Assembly: GCA_028748925.1 (NCBI GenBank)
Contig: JAQTPE010000003.1
Coordinates: forward strand, 1-47,141
Direction of reading: 5' to 3'
Source: Candidatus Omnitrophota bacterium
GTDB lineage: Bacteria > Omnitrophota > Gorgyraeia > 2-01-FULL-45-10
DNA: 47,141 bases
Positions 15,275-25,779 of the stretch are shown one piece after another. Below the pieces are notes generated by a model. That model worked only from the letters and a program-made list of their open reading frames with translations, searched no databases and was not told the origin of the DNA. Every line of letters begins with the position of its first letter. The first letter of the stretch is position 1. The translations under genes were made by a program, and so were the position numbers.

Positions 15275-16039
15275 GTGATTGTGGGCGCTAAAAAATATAT
15301 TTTGCGTAATAGAGCAAAAAATGGATCCGTCACCAATAATCTTTCTGGGAATCTCCGGCGGGTACTGCGACGAAACCGTAACGGCAAAAGAGCTAAGGTC
15401 CTGCGCAGTTTTTTTAAGACCGGACCCGGAGAATACGCCGAAGGCGATATCTTCTTAGGCGTCACAACGCCGGTATTAAGAAAACTCGCGGCGCGGTTCA
15501 AAGATATAGAATTAAAGTCATCGGTCGAATTATTAAGATCTTCTATCCACGAAGAGAGGTTGCTTGCCCTCCTCATCCTTATCCTTAAATATCGCGGCTC
15601 AAATGAAGAGAATAAAAAAAAGATCTACCGTATATATCTCGAGAACTGCGGATACATAAATAACTGGGATCTTGTGGATGTTACAGCCAAGCATATAGTG
15701 GGGGATTACCTGCGCGATAAAGACAGAGGTGTTCTATATGATCTGGCAAGATCCCCTTTGCTTTGGGATAGAAGGATAGCCATTATTTCGACATTCTATT
15801 TTATAGAGAACCGCCAATTTGATGACACTATAAGGATAGCAGGGCTCTTATTGTCGGATAAGCACGACCTTATCCATAAAGCGGTAGGATGGATGCTTAG
15901 AGAGGTGGGCAAACGGGATTTAGAGGCGGAAGAGCGGTTCCTGAAAAAGAATCATACGGCGATGCCCAGGACGATGCTTCGTTACGCCATAGAAAAATTT
16001 CCGGAGCGTAAAAGACGAAGATATTTAAATAAGGTATAA
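15275..16039 (+). CDS. DNA alkylation repair (AlkD-like HEAT-repeat) family protein
   Basis: 254 aa, GTG start uncertain; RSFFKTGPGEYAEGDIFLGVTTPVLRKLA and HKAVGWMLRE match this family. Confidence 0.75.
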   Translation: MIVGAKKYILRNRAKNGSVTNNLSGNLRRVLRRNRNGKRAKVLRSFFKTGPGEYAEGDIFLGVTTPVLRKLAARFKDIELKSSVELLRSSIHEERLLALLILILKYRGSNEENKKKIYRIYLENCGYINNWDLVDVTAKHIVGDYLRDKDRGVLYDLARSPLLWDRRIAIISTFYFIENRQFDDTIRIAGLLLSDKHDLIHKAVGWMLREVGKRDLEAEERFLKKNHTAMPRTMLRYAIEKFPERKRRRYLNKV

Positions 16040-16046
16040 TAATACT

Positions 16047-17306
16047 ATGACACGTTTCAGAGACGTATTGAAGGACCGTAATTTTTTATGCCTGTGGATA
16101 GCGCAAATCATATCCAACTTCGGCGACAGGCTTACACAGATGGCGCTTGTCGCGCTGATATATCAGACGGCCCCCGGTTCCGCCATAGCTCTGGCAAAAC
16201 TTATCTCATTTACGATCATACCCGTATTTCTGATCGGCCCGATAGCCGGGGCATGGGTCGACAGGCTCAACAAAAGAAACGTCATGGTGATATCGGACCT
16301 GCTGCGCGGGATACTGGTGCTTGCCATTCCATTGTTCATTATGCTGCAACAGATACTCCTTGTCTATCTGGCGGTATTCCTGGTATTTTCGCTTTCGCGC
16401 TTCTTTATTCCCTCCAGGATGGCCATAATACCGGATATAGTTTCAAAAGATAAGCTTCTCGTAGCTAATACATTGGCGGATACGACTCACATGCTCGGCA
16501 ATGTCATGGGGCTGGTCGTGGCCGGTGTGCTCGTTAATATAAGATTTATCGGAGCTATAGGCGGGTTTTATATAGACGCTGCGACTTTCTTCGCGTCCGC
16601 CGCTCTTATAGGGATGATAGTGCAGAAGTCTTTTGCTAAAGAGGTACGCGAGGATCTAAAGGTCACAAAAGAGGCGTTCTCCCGCTCAATACGTAAATCC
16701 ATATTTGTCGAGATAAAAGACGGGATAATGTATTTTAAGAAGTACAGCCAGATGCATTTCATAGTATACGTATTCTTTCTTTTAATGGCGGGACTCGGCG
16801 CCATATCGTGCGTCGTGATAGTCTTCATACAGGAGTCTTTCGGGACGGCGACGTTGGATCTCGGGCTTATCGGCATGTTTCTGGCGGGAGGGCTGTTATT
16901 GGGAACTCTGCTATACGGCAAATTGGGCCAGGGGATGGAAAAGCCCCGCACTATACTGCTAAGTTTTATCGGCACGGGTATATCGGTGGTATTATTCGCT
17001 TTCTTTGTGAGGAAGTATCCCAATATACTGGTGAGCGGACTCCTCGCGGGACTTATGGGCATGATGGCAAGTCCCATAATGGTTTCGGTAAATACGATGA
17101 CCCATGAAACGATGCCGGAAGAAGCCAGGGGGCGGACATTCAGTTCTCTGGAATCCGTGATACACCTGGCATTCCTGATATTTATGTTCCTGGCCGCTTA
17201 TGCGGCGAAATACATCGAGAGATTCTGGATACTGATAATAGTAGGCATTATATTTATCATATGCGGATTTACCGGGATGGTCTTAAGAAAAAATGAGAGA
17301 GGATAA
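16047..17306 (+). CDS. MFS transporter
   Basis: 419 aa, about 12 hydrophobic helices; GAWVDRLNKRNVM loop 2-3 motif. Confidence 0.85.
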   Translation: MTRFRDVLKDRNFLCLWIAQIISNFGDRLTQMALVALIYQTAPGSAIALAKLISFTIIPVFLIGPIAGAWVDRLNKRNVMVISDLLRGILVLAIPLFIMLQQILLVYLAVFLVFSLSRFFIPSRMAIIPDIVSKDKLLVANTLADTTHMLGNVMGLVVAGVLVNIRFIGAIGGFYIDAATFFASAALIGMIVQKSFAKEVREDLKVTKEAFSRSIRKSIFVEIKDGIMYFKKYSQMHFIVYVFFLLMAGLGAISCVVIVFIQESFGTATLDLGLIGMFLAGGLLLGTLLYGKLGQGMEKPRTILLSFIGTGISVVLFAFFVRKYPNILVSGLLAGLMGMMASPIMVSVNTMTHETMPEEARGRTFSSLESVIHLAFLIFMFLAAYAAKYIERFWILIIVGIIFIICGFTGMVLRKNERG

Positions 17307-17314
17307 AAAAGAGG

Positions 17315-17488
17315 CTACCTGGGCTTAAGGTCTTTCTCTTCTTTGGATTTTTCCGCTGTGCAGACTTTGAAATAATTGCAAATAGGGCAGCAGGCGTTCT
17401 CTTCCCCTTTTTCCCCGCGATACCACTTGGTCTCACAGGTCCAATATACCTGACAGGTTTCACAGCAATTCATTTTTGAATGATGCAT
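17315..17488 (-). CDS. small Cys-rich protein with duplicated CCxxCx5C motif (not in ORF track)
   Basis: 57 aa MHHSKMNCCETCQVYWTCETKWYRGEKGEENACCPICNYFKVCTAEKSKEEKDLKPR; AGGAGA 7 nt upstream; promoter TTGACA-17-TATTTT on the minus strand. Confidence 0.55.
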   Translation of the reverse strand: MHHSKMNCCETCQVYWTCETKWYRGEKGEENACCPICNYFKVCTAEKSKEEKDLKPR

Positions 17489-17511
17489 AAAATCTTCTCC
17501 TATTCGCCTCC

Positions 17512-17562
17512 AAAATACATCATATCGTTATTGTTGTCAATATAATTGTTGTATGGTAAAAT
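17512..17562. promoter_or_regulatory. back-to-back divergent promoters with overlapping -35 boxes
   Basis: Plus strand: TTGTCA (17534-17539), 17-nt spacer, TAAAAT (17557-17562). Minus strand: TTGACA (17540-17535), 17-nt spacer, TATTTT (17517-17512). Confidence 0.45.
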
Positions 17563-17569
17563 CGATGCA

Positions 17570-17887
17570 ATGCGAGAGATAGTCGATCGTATACTGCAGG
17601 AAGAACAATCCGCGCGCTCCAGGTTAGAGTGCGCACAAAACCAATCCCAGGAAATAATCCTCAAAGCGAAAGAAGAGGCCGCCTCCCTGATACAGGACGC
17701 TATAGACAAGGCCAGAGATCTTGCCAAAAATAATAGAGAAGAATCCGAAAAGGGTTTTCTCCTCGAAAAGGAGAGAATTCTCGTAGAAGCTAAAGAGAAC
17801 GCGGCTCTTTCAAGGAGCCGGAAAGAAAAAGATATCGTACAGACAGCTAAAGATATCTTTTTGAAGATCATAACCATAAAAGGTTAG
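17570..17887 (+). CDS. V/A-type ATPase peripheral-stalk subunit (G/H-like)
   Basis: 105 aa from ATG 17570 (track ORF opens at TTG 17546, inside the promoter); all coiled-coil, Glu/Lys/Ala-rich; first gene of the operon. Confidence 0.45.
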   Translation: MREIVDRILQEEQSARSRLECAQNQSQEIILKAKEEAASLIQDAIDKARDLAKNNREESEKGFLLEKERILVEAKENAALSRSRKEKDIVQTAKDIFLKIITIKG

Positions 17888-17889
17888 TT

Positions 17890-18930
17890 ATGCGCCAGTT
17901 GGCCAAATATGCTTTTGCCAATGCCAAGGTAAGAGCGATGCTTTCATATCTGATAGAGCCCCAGGTTTTTGCCGAGCTCATCGATTCTAAAAACATTTAC
18001 GAGCTGATCGAGATACTTAAGAAGACGCATTATGGGAATATCTTCACTGATACGAGCCCGGATTCGCTTGATCTCCTTTCGCTTGAGAAGAAGCTTCTAT
18101 TAAATGATATTTCGATCTGCGGGAGAGTGCGCGATTCATTATCCGGAAAGAGAGAGAAAGAGTTCGTCTCCATGCTGATGCAGAGATATGAGGTGGAGGA
18201 TCTCAAGGTTATTCTAAGGCTATGGTACAGTAAAGAACCGGTTCGGTATGAAGATTATATATTGGGCCGGACGATAAAGCATGAGATAGACTATAGAAAG
18301 ATAATGTCCGTCGAAACGATCGAGGAGGTTATTCTGCTGCTCGATAAGACCGATTATAAGGAACCGCTCTTATTGGCGCGCGATAAATTCAAATCGACAA
18401 AATCGCTCTTTTTTCTCGAGGCCTCATTGGATAGGGATTACTATAAGAGGCTGCTGGCATCTATAGGCGGATTCTCCGCCACCGACAAGAAAACGGCATC
18501 TAAGATACTCGCCATAGAGGTCGACAGCGAAAACATACAATGGCTAATAAAGATGCGCAAGTACTACAAACTGGCCCTTAGCGATACGCTTGAGTGGTTC
18601 ATGCCGGGCGGTTCTATGATAAATAAGAACGCGCTGAGAGACGCCTATGCTTCGGACGGTATAGCCAGGGTTATCGAATCTGTCTCATTCGGCCCGTATC
18701 TTCCGGTAAAGGAGATGGCCGAAGAGAATATAGATCTGATAGAGAACTTTCTTTACGAGATAATGCTGAAGGAGATAAAGAGGGTGCTTGGCGGCAACCC
18801 TTTCACGATAGGGACCATATTCGGCTATCTAATCCTGAAGAGAAGAGAGACCGCGAATATAATATCTCTGTTATATGCCAGGGCGTGCGGCATAAAAAAA
18901 GAAGAGCTATCGAGATTATTGAACATATAG
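17890..18930 (+). CDS. atpC: V/A-type ATPase subunit C (V0 d-like)
   Basis: 346 aa; size, helical repeat character and operon position. Confidence 0.7.
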   Translation: MRQLAKYAFANAKVRAMLSYLIEPQVFAELIDSKNIYELIEILKKTHYGNIFTDTSPDSLDLLSLEKKLLLNDISICGRVRDSLSGKREKEFVSMLMQRYEVEDLKVILRLWYSKEPVRYEDYILGRTIKHEIDYRKIMSVETIEEVILLLDKTDYKEPLLLARDKFKSTKSLFFLEASLDRDYYKRLLASIGGFSATDKKTASKILAIEVDSENIQWLIKMRKYYKLALSDTLEWFMPGGSMINKNALRDAYASDGIARVIESVSFGPYLPVKEMAEENIDLIENFLYEIMLKEIKRVLGGNPFTIGTIFGYLILKRRETANIISLLYARACGIKKEELSRLLNI

Positions 18931-18940
18931 GATCTATAAT

Positions 18941-20845
18941 ATGTTTACAGCCGAAGCGATGGAGTTGATCACTATAGCCGTCCTGAAAGAACGGGAGGAG
19001 GGCGTAGTCTCGCTTCTTTTGAGATCCGGCGTATTCCATCCGGTAGATATACGCGGTATCGAGAAGGGGATGGAAGATATTTCGCAATTCCAGATCGAAA
19101 AAGAACATTCATTGTATGAATCGCTTCAATCGCGCCTTAGAGATATCGCAAAAAAGACCGGAATGGCCTTGTTACCAAAAAAAGAATTCAGGAATCTCTC
19201 TTATGAAGAGGCCGATAAGAATCTGGGCAAGGCCGAGGAGGCGATCAAGCCGCTTATAGCCGAGAAGGAAGATCTCGTGTCCCGGCTGAATACGAAAGAG
19301 GCGATGTTGTCGCGCCTGGAAGAGTATGTGCCGTTCTCTATAGGCCGGCCTTCGTCTTCCTACTCTTTTTTAAAGGTTGAAGTGGGGAGCCTCGAAGAGA
19401 AGAACCTGCCGCTTCTTAACAGGAGCCTGAAAGATATACCGCATATAGTCTATCCTTTTAAGAAGGAGGGCTCCAGGTCGGCGCTTCTTTTCATAGGATT
19501 GAGGCGGGACAGAGAATTGCTCGACAAAGTGCTGAGAGATCTCGGGTGGATCAAACTCGATCAAGAGCAGGAGCCGCAGGATCTCTCCAGGGAAGTGGTT
19601 AAGAAGATAAAAGATGAAATAGATGTCTGTAAAAAAGATATCGAAGCTGTCGCCGTAAATCTGAGAAAGTTAAAGGATGAGCTATTGGAAGGCCTTTCCG
19701 ATATAGAGACATACGTAACGGTGAAGAAGTCTCTGCTTGAAGCGAAGAAGTATTCGTGTATTACGGAAAAGACGGCCCTGATATCCGGTTGGGTGCCGGG
19801 ATCGGAAAAAGAGAAGATCATAGATGAGGTCAAGAGATTCGACCCGTCTTCCTGCATAGAAGAGAGAATGGCCGAGGATCTGAACATACCTAAAGACGAG
19901 ATACCGGTAAAGCTTCGCAATACCAGGATATTCCGGCCGTTTGAACTCCTGATAGACGCCTATGGCATTCCGCGTTACGGCACCATAGATCCTACGATAT
20001 TTGTTGCTATAAGCTTCCTCATAATGTTCGGCGCGATGTTCGGCGACCTGGGACACGGGCTTGTATTGTCGGCGGTAAGCCTGTTTTTATGGAAGAGTAA
20101 AAAAGAGAACGTGAAGCAGGCGGGCACCCTGATATTTTATTGCGGGATCAGTTCGGAGCTATTCGGTATATTGTACGGGAGCTTTTTCGGATACGAATTC
20201 CCTTCGTTATGGATAAAGCCGATGCATAGCATTATCGAAATATTCAAGATAAGTATATTATTTGGCATAGTCATGATAACCGGAGGCATATTCCTGAATG
20301 TCGTGAATGCGTTCAAGGACAGGGACTATATCAAGGCTTTTTTTGACAAATCCGGCCTGATAGCCGGAGTGATATACTGGACGGGCATAGCCCTTGTAAG
20401 CAAGATGCTCGTATCCAGGACGGCATTTCAGCCGGTATATGTGATAATATTTTTGGCATGCGCGGGGCTCCTCTTTCTTAAGCCGCTGGTAGAGCTGATC
20501 GTAAAAAAGAAACGGGAGCCCGTATTTACGGCATTTATGGAGAGCACGATAGATATACTGGAGATAGTGATGGGCTATCTTGCCAATACCGTATCTTTTA
20601 TACGTATAGCCGCGTTCGCTTTGGCGCACACGGGATTATTCCTGTCGATATTTGAATTGTCGCGTATAATGAAAGGTGTCGGCGGCACCGCGGCGTCTTT
20701 GATAATAATAGTGTTCGGCAATATACTTATAATACTTCTTGAGGGGCTCGTAGTGAGCATACAGAGCCTGCGTTTAAATTATTACGAATTTTTCTCCAAG
20801 TTTTTTATGAGCGGGAAGCGTTTTTATAAACCATTAAAGATGTAA
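18941..20845 (+). CDS. atpI: V/A-type ATPase subunit I (a-like stator)
   Basis: 634 aa; soluble coiled N-half plus multi-TM C-half with conserved RLNYYEFF-type tail (SLRLNYYEFFSKF). Confidence 0.85.
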   Translation: MFTAEAMELITIAVLKEREEGVVSLLLRSGVFHPVDIRGIEKGMEDISQFQIEKEHSLYESLQSRLRDIAKKTGMALLPKKEFRNLSYEEADKNLGKAEEAIKPLIAEKEDLVSRLNTKEAMLSRLEEYVPFSIGRPSSSYSFLKVEVGSLEEKNLPLLNRSLKDIPHIVYPFKKEGSRSALLFIGLRRDRELLDKVLRDLGWIKLDQEQEPQDLSREVVKKIKDEIDVCKKDIEAVAVNLRKLKDELLEGLSDIETYVTVKKSLLEAKKYSCITEKTALISGWVPGSEKEKIIDEVKRFDPSSCIEERMAEDLNIPKDEIPVKLRNTRIFRPFELLIDAYGIPRYGTIDPTIFVAISFLIMFGAMFGDLGHGLVLSAVSLFLWKSKKENVKQAGTLIFYCGISSELFGILYGSFFGYEFPSLWIKPMHSIIEIFKISILFGIVMITGGIFLNVVNAFKDRDYIKAFFDKSGLIAGVIYWTGIALVSKMLVSRTAFQPVYVIIFLACAGLLFLKPLVELIVKKKREPVFTAFMESTIDILEIVMGYLANTVSFIRIAAFALAHTGLFLSIFELSRIMKGVGGTAASLIIIVFGNILIILLEGLVVSIQSLRLNYYEFFSKFFMSGKRFYKPLKM

Positions 20846-20876
20846 AAATTGTTGTGGATAAAAAAGGAGGTAACAG

Positions 20877-21101
20877 ATGGATCCTAGTACGGTAAAATGG
20901 GCTTTTCTGTCGGCCGCTATGGCTACAGGTTTGAGCGCTGTCGCCGCGGGTGTGGCGGTGGCTTATGTCGGAGCGGCAGCCGTCGGGGCGATGAGCGAAA
21001 AGCCGGAGATAGCCGGTAAGGCGCTCATATACGTGGGCCTCGCCGAAGGCATAGCTATCTACGGGCTGATAATCTCAATAATGATACTGGGCAGAGTATA
21101 G
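20877..21101 (+). CDS. atpK: V/A-type ATPase proteolipid subunit K (c), single hairpin
   Basis: 74 aa, two TM helices, single carboxylate in GLAEGIAIYGLI. Confidence 0.85.
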   Translation: MDPSTVKWAFLSAAMATGLSAVAAGVAVAYVGAAAVGAMSEKPEIAGKALIYVGLAEGIAIYGLIISIMILGRV

Positions 21102-21102
21102 A

Positions 21103-21408
21103 ATGCGATTTTTCTGTATCGCCGATAGAGCGAGCAGCCTGGGGTTTAAGCTTGCGGGCGTCGATACGCGCGAAGTATCAGTGCGCAGTGAGGCGCTGGA
21201 AGCGCTTAAAGTGGCCGTTTCGTCCGAAGACGTCGGTATATTACTTATTACGCAAAAGGCCGCATCGTTTATAGAGGGAGAGCTGGATGAGCTATTATAC
21301 AGCAAGCCGCTTCCCCTGGTGCTTGAGATCCCGTCGCGCGGTATCGATACAAAAAAGCCGAAAACCGCGGGGGAGGTTCTGAAGAAGGCCATAGGAATAA
21401 GTATATGA
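21103..21408 (+). CDS. atpF: V/A-type ATPase subunit F
   Basis: 101 aa; FFCIADRASSLGFKLAGV start typical of subunit F. Confidence 0.8.
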   Translation: MRFFCIADRASSLGFKLAGVDTREVSVRSEALEALKVAVSSEDVGILLITQKAASFIEGELDELLYSKPLPLVLEIPSRGIDTKKPKTAGEVLKKAIGISI

Positions 21409-22010
21409 AAAGTAAGAAAGATATTTCAAAGATAAACAACGCCAACGCCGAGGAGATATGTTCCAGGATAAGGGAGGAATCATCTGAAGACGCGGAGTCT
21501 CTCCTGGGCAAGGCCCATAAAGAGAGAGAACGTATTTTATCCGAGGCTTCCAGGGAGGCTCAAGTAAAGGCACAGGCCATATTGTCGGCCGCGGAAAAAG
21601 AGACGGGAGAGAAGAAGGCGAGGATATTCTCTACTATTGCTATAGAGAGGAGAAGAGTGGATCTGGAGGCCAGGAGCCTGTTCATAGCGGATGTTATTAC
21701 TGCCGTGAAGAGAGAGGCTGAAAACTTCCGCGGAAGTCCCGATTATACGAAATTTTTAAGAGAAGCGATCCTCGAAGGCGTCAGGATAATCGATGATAAA
21801 AGAGCGCAGGTATTTTATTCTCATTTTGACGAAGGAGTGATATCCCGGTTCAGCGATCTGCCCGTTGAATTCAAGAAGAGCGACTTCGCGGAGATGGGTG
21901 TTATAGTTCAATCGCAAGACGGCAGGCTGTTATTCGATAACAGGTTCTCCGCGCGCCTTAAGAGAGCGTATGATGAAATCTATATCAAGCTGCTGAAAGA
22001 GGCTTTTTAA
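21405..22010 (+). CDS. atpE: V/A-type ATPase subunit E
   Basis: 201 aa; long N-terminal helix plus globular C-terminus; operon position. Confidence 0.7.
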   Translation: MKSKKDISKINNANAEEICSRIREESSEDAESLLGKAHKERERILSEASREAQVKAQAILSAAEKETGEKKARIFSTIAIERRRVDLEARSLFIADVITAVKREAENFRGSPDYTKFLREAILEGVRIIDDKRAQVFYSHFDEGVISRFSDLPVEFKKSDFAEMGVIVQSQDGRLLFDNRFSARLKRAYDEIYIKLLKEAF

Positions 22011-22013
22011 TAT

Positions 22014-23771
22014 ATGTCCAGCATAGCCGGAAAGATATACAGGGTTGTGGGGCCCGTCGTAGAGGCGGAAGAGGCCGTATCTTTAAGGATGCTCGATATG
22101 GTTGAAGTCGGCGAAGACCATCTCATAGGAGAAGTTGTGAGGATAAAGGCTGACAGGGCTTTTATACAGGTCTATGAAGATACGACTTCACTGAAGGCGG
22201 GAGATTTTATATATACCCAGGGCACTCCTTTATATGTGGAGCTCGGACCGGGGCTTTTAGGCAATATATACGATGGCATACAGCGGCCTCTAGAGATTAT
22301 AAAGGAGAGAGAAGGGTTCTATATCCAAAAAGGCGTGCACATAGAGGCGCTCGACAGGAAGAAGAAGTGGCGTTTTCTACCGCGCCGGAAGGCGGGCGAC
22401 AATTTAAGAAGCGGAGAGCAGATAGGCGAAGTACAGGAGACAGATCTTATAATGCATAAGATATTGATCCCTCCGGCTATTAGCGGATCGTTAAAGTGGC
22501 TGGCTCCGGAAGGCGATTATTCTCTTTTGGAAAAGATAGCCGTTGTAACGAAAGGCGGCGTCGATATAGATATCTTTATGTACCAGCGCTGGCCGGTACG
22601 TAAAAGCAGACCTTACGGTGAGAGGCTGACTGTAAACGAGCCGCTAATTACGGGCCAGCGCGTTATAGATACGCTCTTCCCGGTGGCCAAGGGCGGGTGC
22701 GTTGCTATTCCCGGAGGGTTTGGTACGGGCAAGACCGTCGTGCAGCATCAGATAGCAAAATGGAGCGATGCGGAGGTTGTGATATTCGTAGGATGCGGTG
22801 AGCGCGGCAATGAGATGACGGATGTACTGTTGAATTTTCCAAAACTGATCGATCCGAGAACGGGCAGGCCGCTCTCCGAAAGGACGATATTCATAGCGAA
22901 TACATCCAATATGCCGGTCGCCGCCCGTGAAGCGAGCATATATACCGGGATCACTATGGCGGAGTATTACCGCGACATGGGATACAATGTCGCACTCATG
23001 GCCGATTCCACGTCCAGGTGGGCGGAGGCGTTGAGGGAGCTTTCAGGCAGATTGGAAGAGATGCCGCTTGAAGAGGGCTTCCCCGCATATCTGCCTTCGC
23101 GGCTGGCGGAGTTTTACGAAAGGGCCGGCAGGGTGAGAACATTGGGCGGCGAGAACGGCTCCATTACTATCATAGCGTCCGTCTCGCCTCCGGGCGGTGA
23201 TTTTTCCGAGCCTGTAACGTCGCATACAAAAAGATTCATTCGCTGCTTCTGGGCGCTCGACAGGGATCTCGCCAATGCCAGGCACTATCCTTCCATAGGA
23301 TGGATCGAGAGCTATTCCGAATATTTGGATGATATAAAGAGATGGTGGCAGGACAAAGTAAGCGCCCAATGGCTGGAATCGCGTTATATAATAATGGAGC
23401 TTTTACAAAAAGAACAGAAGCTCCTGCAGGTGGTGAAGCTTGTGGGGCCGGAAGTATTGCCGCAGACACAGCGCCTTATATTGGAGACATGCTATATATT
23501 CAAGAACGCGTTTCTCCAGCAGAACGCTTTCGATAAAGTGGATACATATTCATCGGCGAAGAAGCAGCTGCTGATGCTCAAAGCGATAATAACTTTCTAT
23601 CAGGCCGGCGAGGTTATTGTTAAGAAAGGCATATCTGTCAATGAAATAAAGGTACTGCCGGTCTGCCATGAGCTTATGAGGATGAAGACGGATTATACCG
23701 AAGACGACCTTGACAGGCTGGAGAAGATGCCGGAAAAGGTAGCCGAAGCGCTTAAGGAGCTCGATTTTTGA
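22014..23771 (+). CDS. atpA: V/A-type ATPase catalytic subunit A
   Basis: 585 aa; P-loop GGFGTGKTV, non-homologous-region insert, [13 protein letters not shown]. Confidence 0.95.
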   Translation: MSSIAGKIYRVVGPVVEAEEAVSLRMLDMVEVGEDHLIGEVVRIKADRAFIQVYEDTTSLKAGDFIYTQGTPLYVELGPGLLGNIYDGIQRPLEIIKEREGFYIQKGVHIEALDRKKKWRFLPRRKAGDNLRSGEQIGEVQETDLIMHKILIPPAISGSLKWLAPEGDYSLLEKIAVVTKGGVDIDIFMYQRWPVRKSRPYGERLTVNEPLITGQRVIDTLFPVAKGGCVAIPGGFGTGKTVVQHQIAKWSDAEVVIFVGCGERGNEMTDVLLNFPKLIDPRTGRPLSERTIFIANTSNMPVAAREASIYTGITMAEYYRDMGYNVALMADSTSRWAEALRELSGRLEEMPLEEGFPAYLPSRLAEFYERAGRVRTLGGENGSITIIASVSPPGGDFSEPVTSHTKRFIRCFWALDRDLANARHYPSIGWIESYSEYLDDIKRWWQDKVSAQWLESRYIIMELLQKEQKLLQVVKLVGPEVLPQTQRLILETCYIFKNAFLQQNAFDKVDTYSSAKKQLLMLKAIITFYQAGEVIVKKGISVNEIKVLPVCHELMRMKTDYTEDDLDRLEKMPEKVAEALKELDF

Positions 23772-25159
23772 TGCATGAATATAGTTTAAGAGAATATTTG
23801 GGCTTGAATGAGATCGTCGGGCCGTTATTCATAATACGGAATATACATAACGTCGGATATAACGAGGTCGTGGAGGTTATGGATAACGAAGGGCGCTCGC
23901 GCTTCGGAATAACGCTCGAGGTCGGAAAGGGGTATGCCGTAGTGCAGGTATTGGGCGGCACCGGCGGAATGAGCCTGAATAACTGCAAAGTCCGGTTCAA
24001 AGAGACGCCCTTGATGATAGGCGTCTCAGAGGAGATGCTGGGCAGGGTTTTCGACGGGCTCGGCAACCCGTTAGACGGTATGCCGAAACCCGCATACGAC
24101 GAACAGCTCGATGTTAATGGCATGCCCATTAATCCCACCGCCAGAGATTACCCAAAAAATATAATAGAGACCGGCCTATCTTCCATAGACGTTATGAATA
24201 CGCTCGTTCGCGGGCAAAAATTACCGATATTCTCCGGATCGGGGTTGCCGCACGATATGATAGCCGCGCAGATAGCGAGACAGGCGCGCGTAAAGAATGA
24301 AAGCTTCTGCGTAGTCTTCGCCGCGATGGGAGTGAAGTACGACACGGCGCGTTTCTTTATAAAGAGTTTCGAGGAGTCCGGCGTGCTCGACAGGGTCTCT
24401 CTCTTCCTTAGCCTTGCCGACGCCCCGTCTATAGAAAGACTTCTTACGCCAAAGCTGGCGCTCACGTGCGCCGAATATCTGGCGTTCAAAAAAGGTATGC
24501 ATGTCCTCGTTATAATGACGGATATGTCGAACTATTGCGAAGCGTTGAGAGAGCTCTCCACGGTGCGCGGTGAGATTCCCGCGAGAAAAGGTTATCCCGG
24601 ATACCTCTACAGCGATCTCGCGAGTATCTATGAAAGGGCCGGTATGATAAAAGGAGTGCCCGGCTCGATCACTCAATTGCCGATATTGACAATGCCTAAC
24701 GACGACATAACGCATCCTATTCCCGACCTGACCGGTTATATAACGGAAGGACAGATCGTCCTCGAGAGAGAGTTATATTCCAGGGGCGTCTATCCTCCGA
24801 TAGCGGGCCTGCCGTCGCTCTCGAGACTCATGAAGGACAATATCGGTAAAGGAATGACACGCGAGGACCATCCGGCTCTTGCCAGCCAATTATTCGCGGC
24901 TTACGCGCATGTTAAGGATATAAGAGCGCTCGCCTCGATCATAGGCGAGGAAGAGCTTACGCCGCTCGATCTGAAATACCTGAAATTCGGCGATGAGTTC
25001 GAAAAGAGGCTCCTTACCCAGAATTATCATGAGAGGCGCACGGTAGAGGAGGGGCTCGATCTGGGATGGGATATCATCTCCATTTTGCCGCGCGAGGAAC
25101 TTATAAGAATAAAAGAAGAAGAGTTGGCTAAACACTACCGGAAGAGGGATGAAACTTAA
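23768..25159 (+). CDS. atpB: V/A-type ATPase subunit B
   Basis: 463 aa; [14 protein letters not shown]-like [34 protein letters not shown]. Confidence 0.95.
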   Translation: MMHEYSLREYLGLNEIVGPLFIIRNIHNVGYNEVVEVMDNEGRSRFGITLEVGKGYAVVQVLGGTGGMSLNNCKVRFKETPLMIGVSEEMLGRVFDGLGNPLDGMPKPAYDEQLDVNGMPINPTARDYPKNIIETGLSSIDVMNTLVRGQKLPIFSGSGLPHDMIAAQIARQARVKNESFCVVFAAMGVKYDTARFFIKSFEESGVLDRVSLFLSLADAPSIERLLTPKLALTCAEYLAFKKGMHVLVIMTDMSNYCEALRELSTVRGEIPARKGYPGYLYSDLASIYERAGMIKGVPGSITQLPILTMPNDDITHPIPDLTGYITEGQIVLERELYSRGVYPPIAGLPSLSRLMKDNIGKGMTREDHPALASQLFAAYAHVKDIRALASIIGEEELTPLDLKYLKFGDEFEKRLLTQNYHERRTVEEGLDLGWDIISILPREELIRIKEEELAKHYRKRDET

Positions 25160-25775
25160 TATAGCGGCAACGAAGACGAATCTTCTGAGCGTAAAGAAGT
25201 CGCTCGCTCTTACGAGGGAAGGGTACGAACTCCTTGATGAGAAGCGGAAGATACTGATCAATGAGTTGAATTCCGTTATAGATATCGCGGAAAAGCTTGA
25301 GAGGGACCTGAATAAAATGCTTAAAGACGCTTATGCGACTGTCGATAGAGCCGTTGTGGTCATGGGCAGGTCCCGGGCGGAATCTTTAAGTTTTGCCGGC
25401 GGTATAAAGAACGAGATATCTATATCGAACAGGCGTGTTATGGGTGTGGATATCCCTATGATAAAATTGGATATTACGGACGATCCTCCGCATCACAGCC
25501 CTTATGGAGTGAGTCTTTATCTGGAAGAGGCGATAGTTAAATTTAAGGAAGTCTTGAAACTCGCCGCCCAGCTTGTCGAGAAGAAGACGGCGCTCTTGAG
25601 GATAGCGGAAGAAGTGTTCAGGACAATAAGAAAGGTTAACGCGCTGGAAAAGATATATATTCCCAATTACGAAGATACGTTCAAGAGTATAAGCGAAAGA
25701 CTGGATGAAGAGGGCAGAGAATCTTTCTGCATGTTGAAGATGATAAAGGAGCGTCTTAAAGAACAGAGGGCTTGA
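25149..25775 (+). CDS. atpD: V/A-type ATPase central-stalk subunit D
   Basis: 208 aa; [30 protein letters not shown] start typical of subunit D. Confidence 0.9.
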   Translation: MKLNIAATKTNLLSVKKSLALTREGYELLDEKRKILINELNSVIDIAEKLERDLNKMLKDAYATVDRAVVVMGRSRAESLSFAGGIKNEISISNRRVMGVDIPMIKLDITDDPPHHSPYGVSLYLEEAIVKFKEVLKLAAQLVEKKTALLRIAEEVFRTIRKVNALEKIYIPNYEDTFKSISERLDEEGRESFCMLKMIKERLKEQRA

Positions 25776-25779
25776 GATT

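Noticed and set aside
16088-17107. Alternative-frame ORFs inside the MFS transporter gene (121 aa, 99 aa, 169 aa antisense)
   Set aside because: They are nested in a gene with a clear 12-helix hydropathy pattern, and they have no independent signals.
17269-17463. Tracked 64-aa minus-strand ORF
   Set aside because: It overlaps the MFS 3' end and lacks an RBS. A different frame in the same interval (17315-17488) has a promoter, an RBS and a duplicated Cys motif, so I preferred that.
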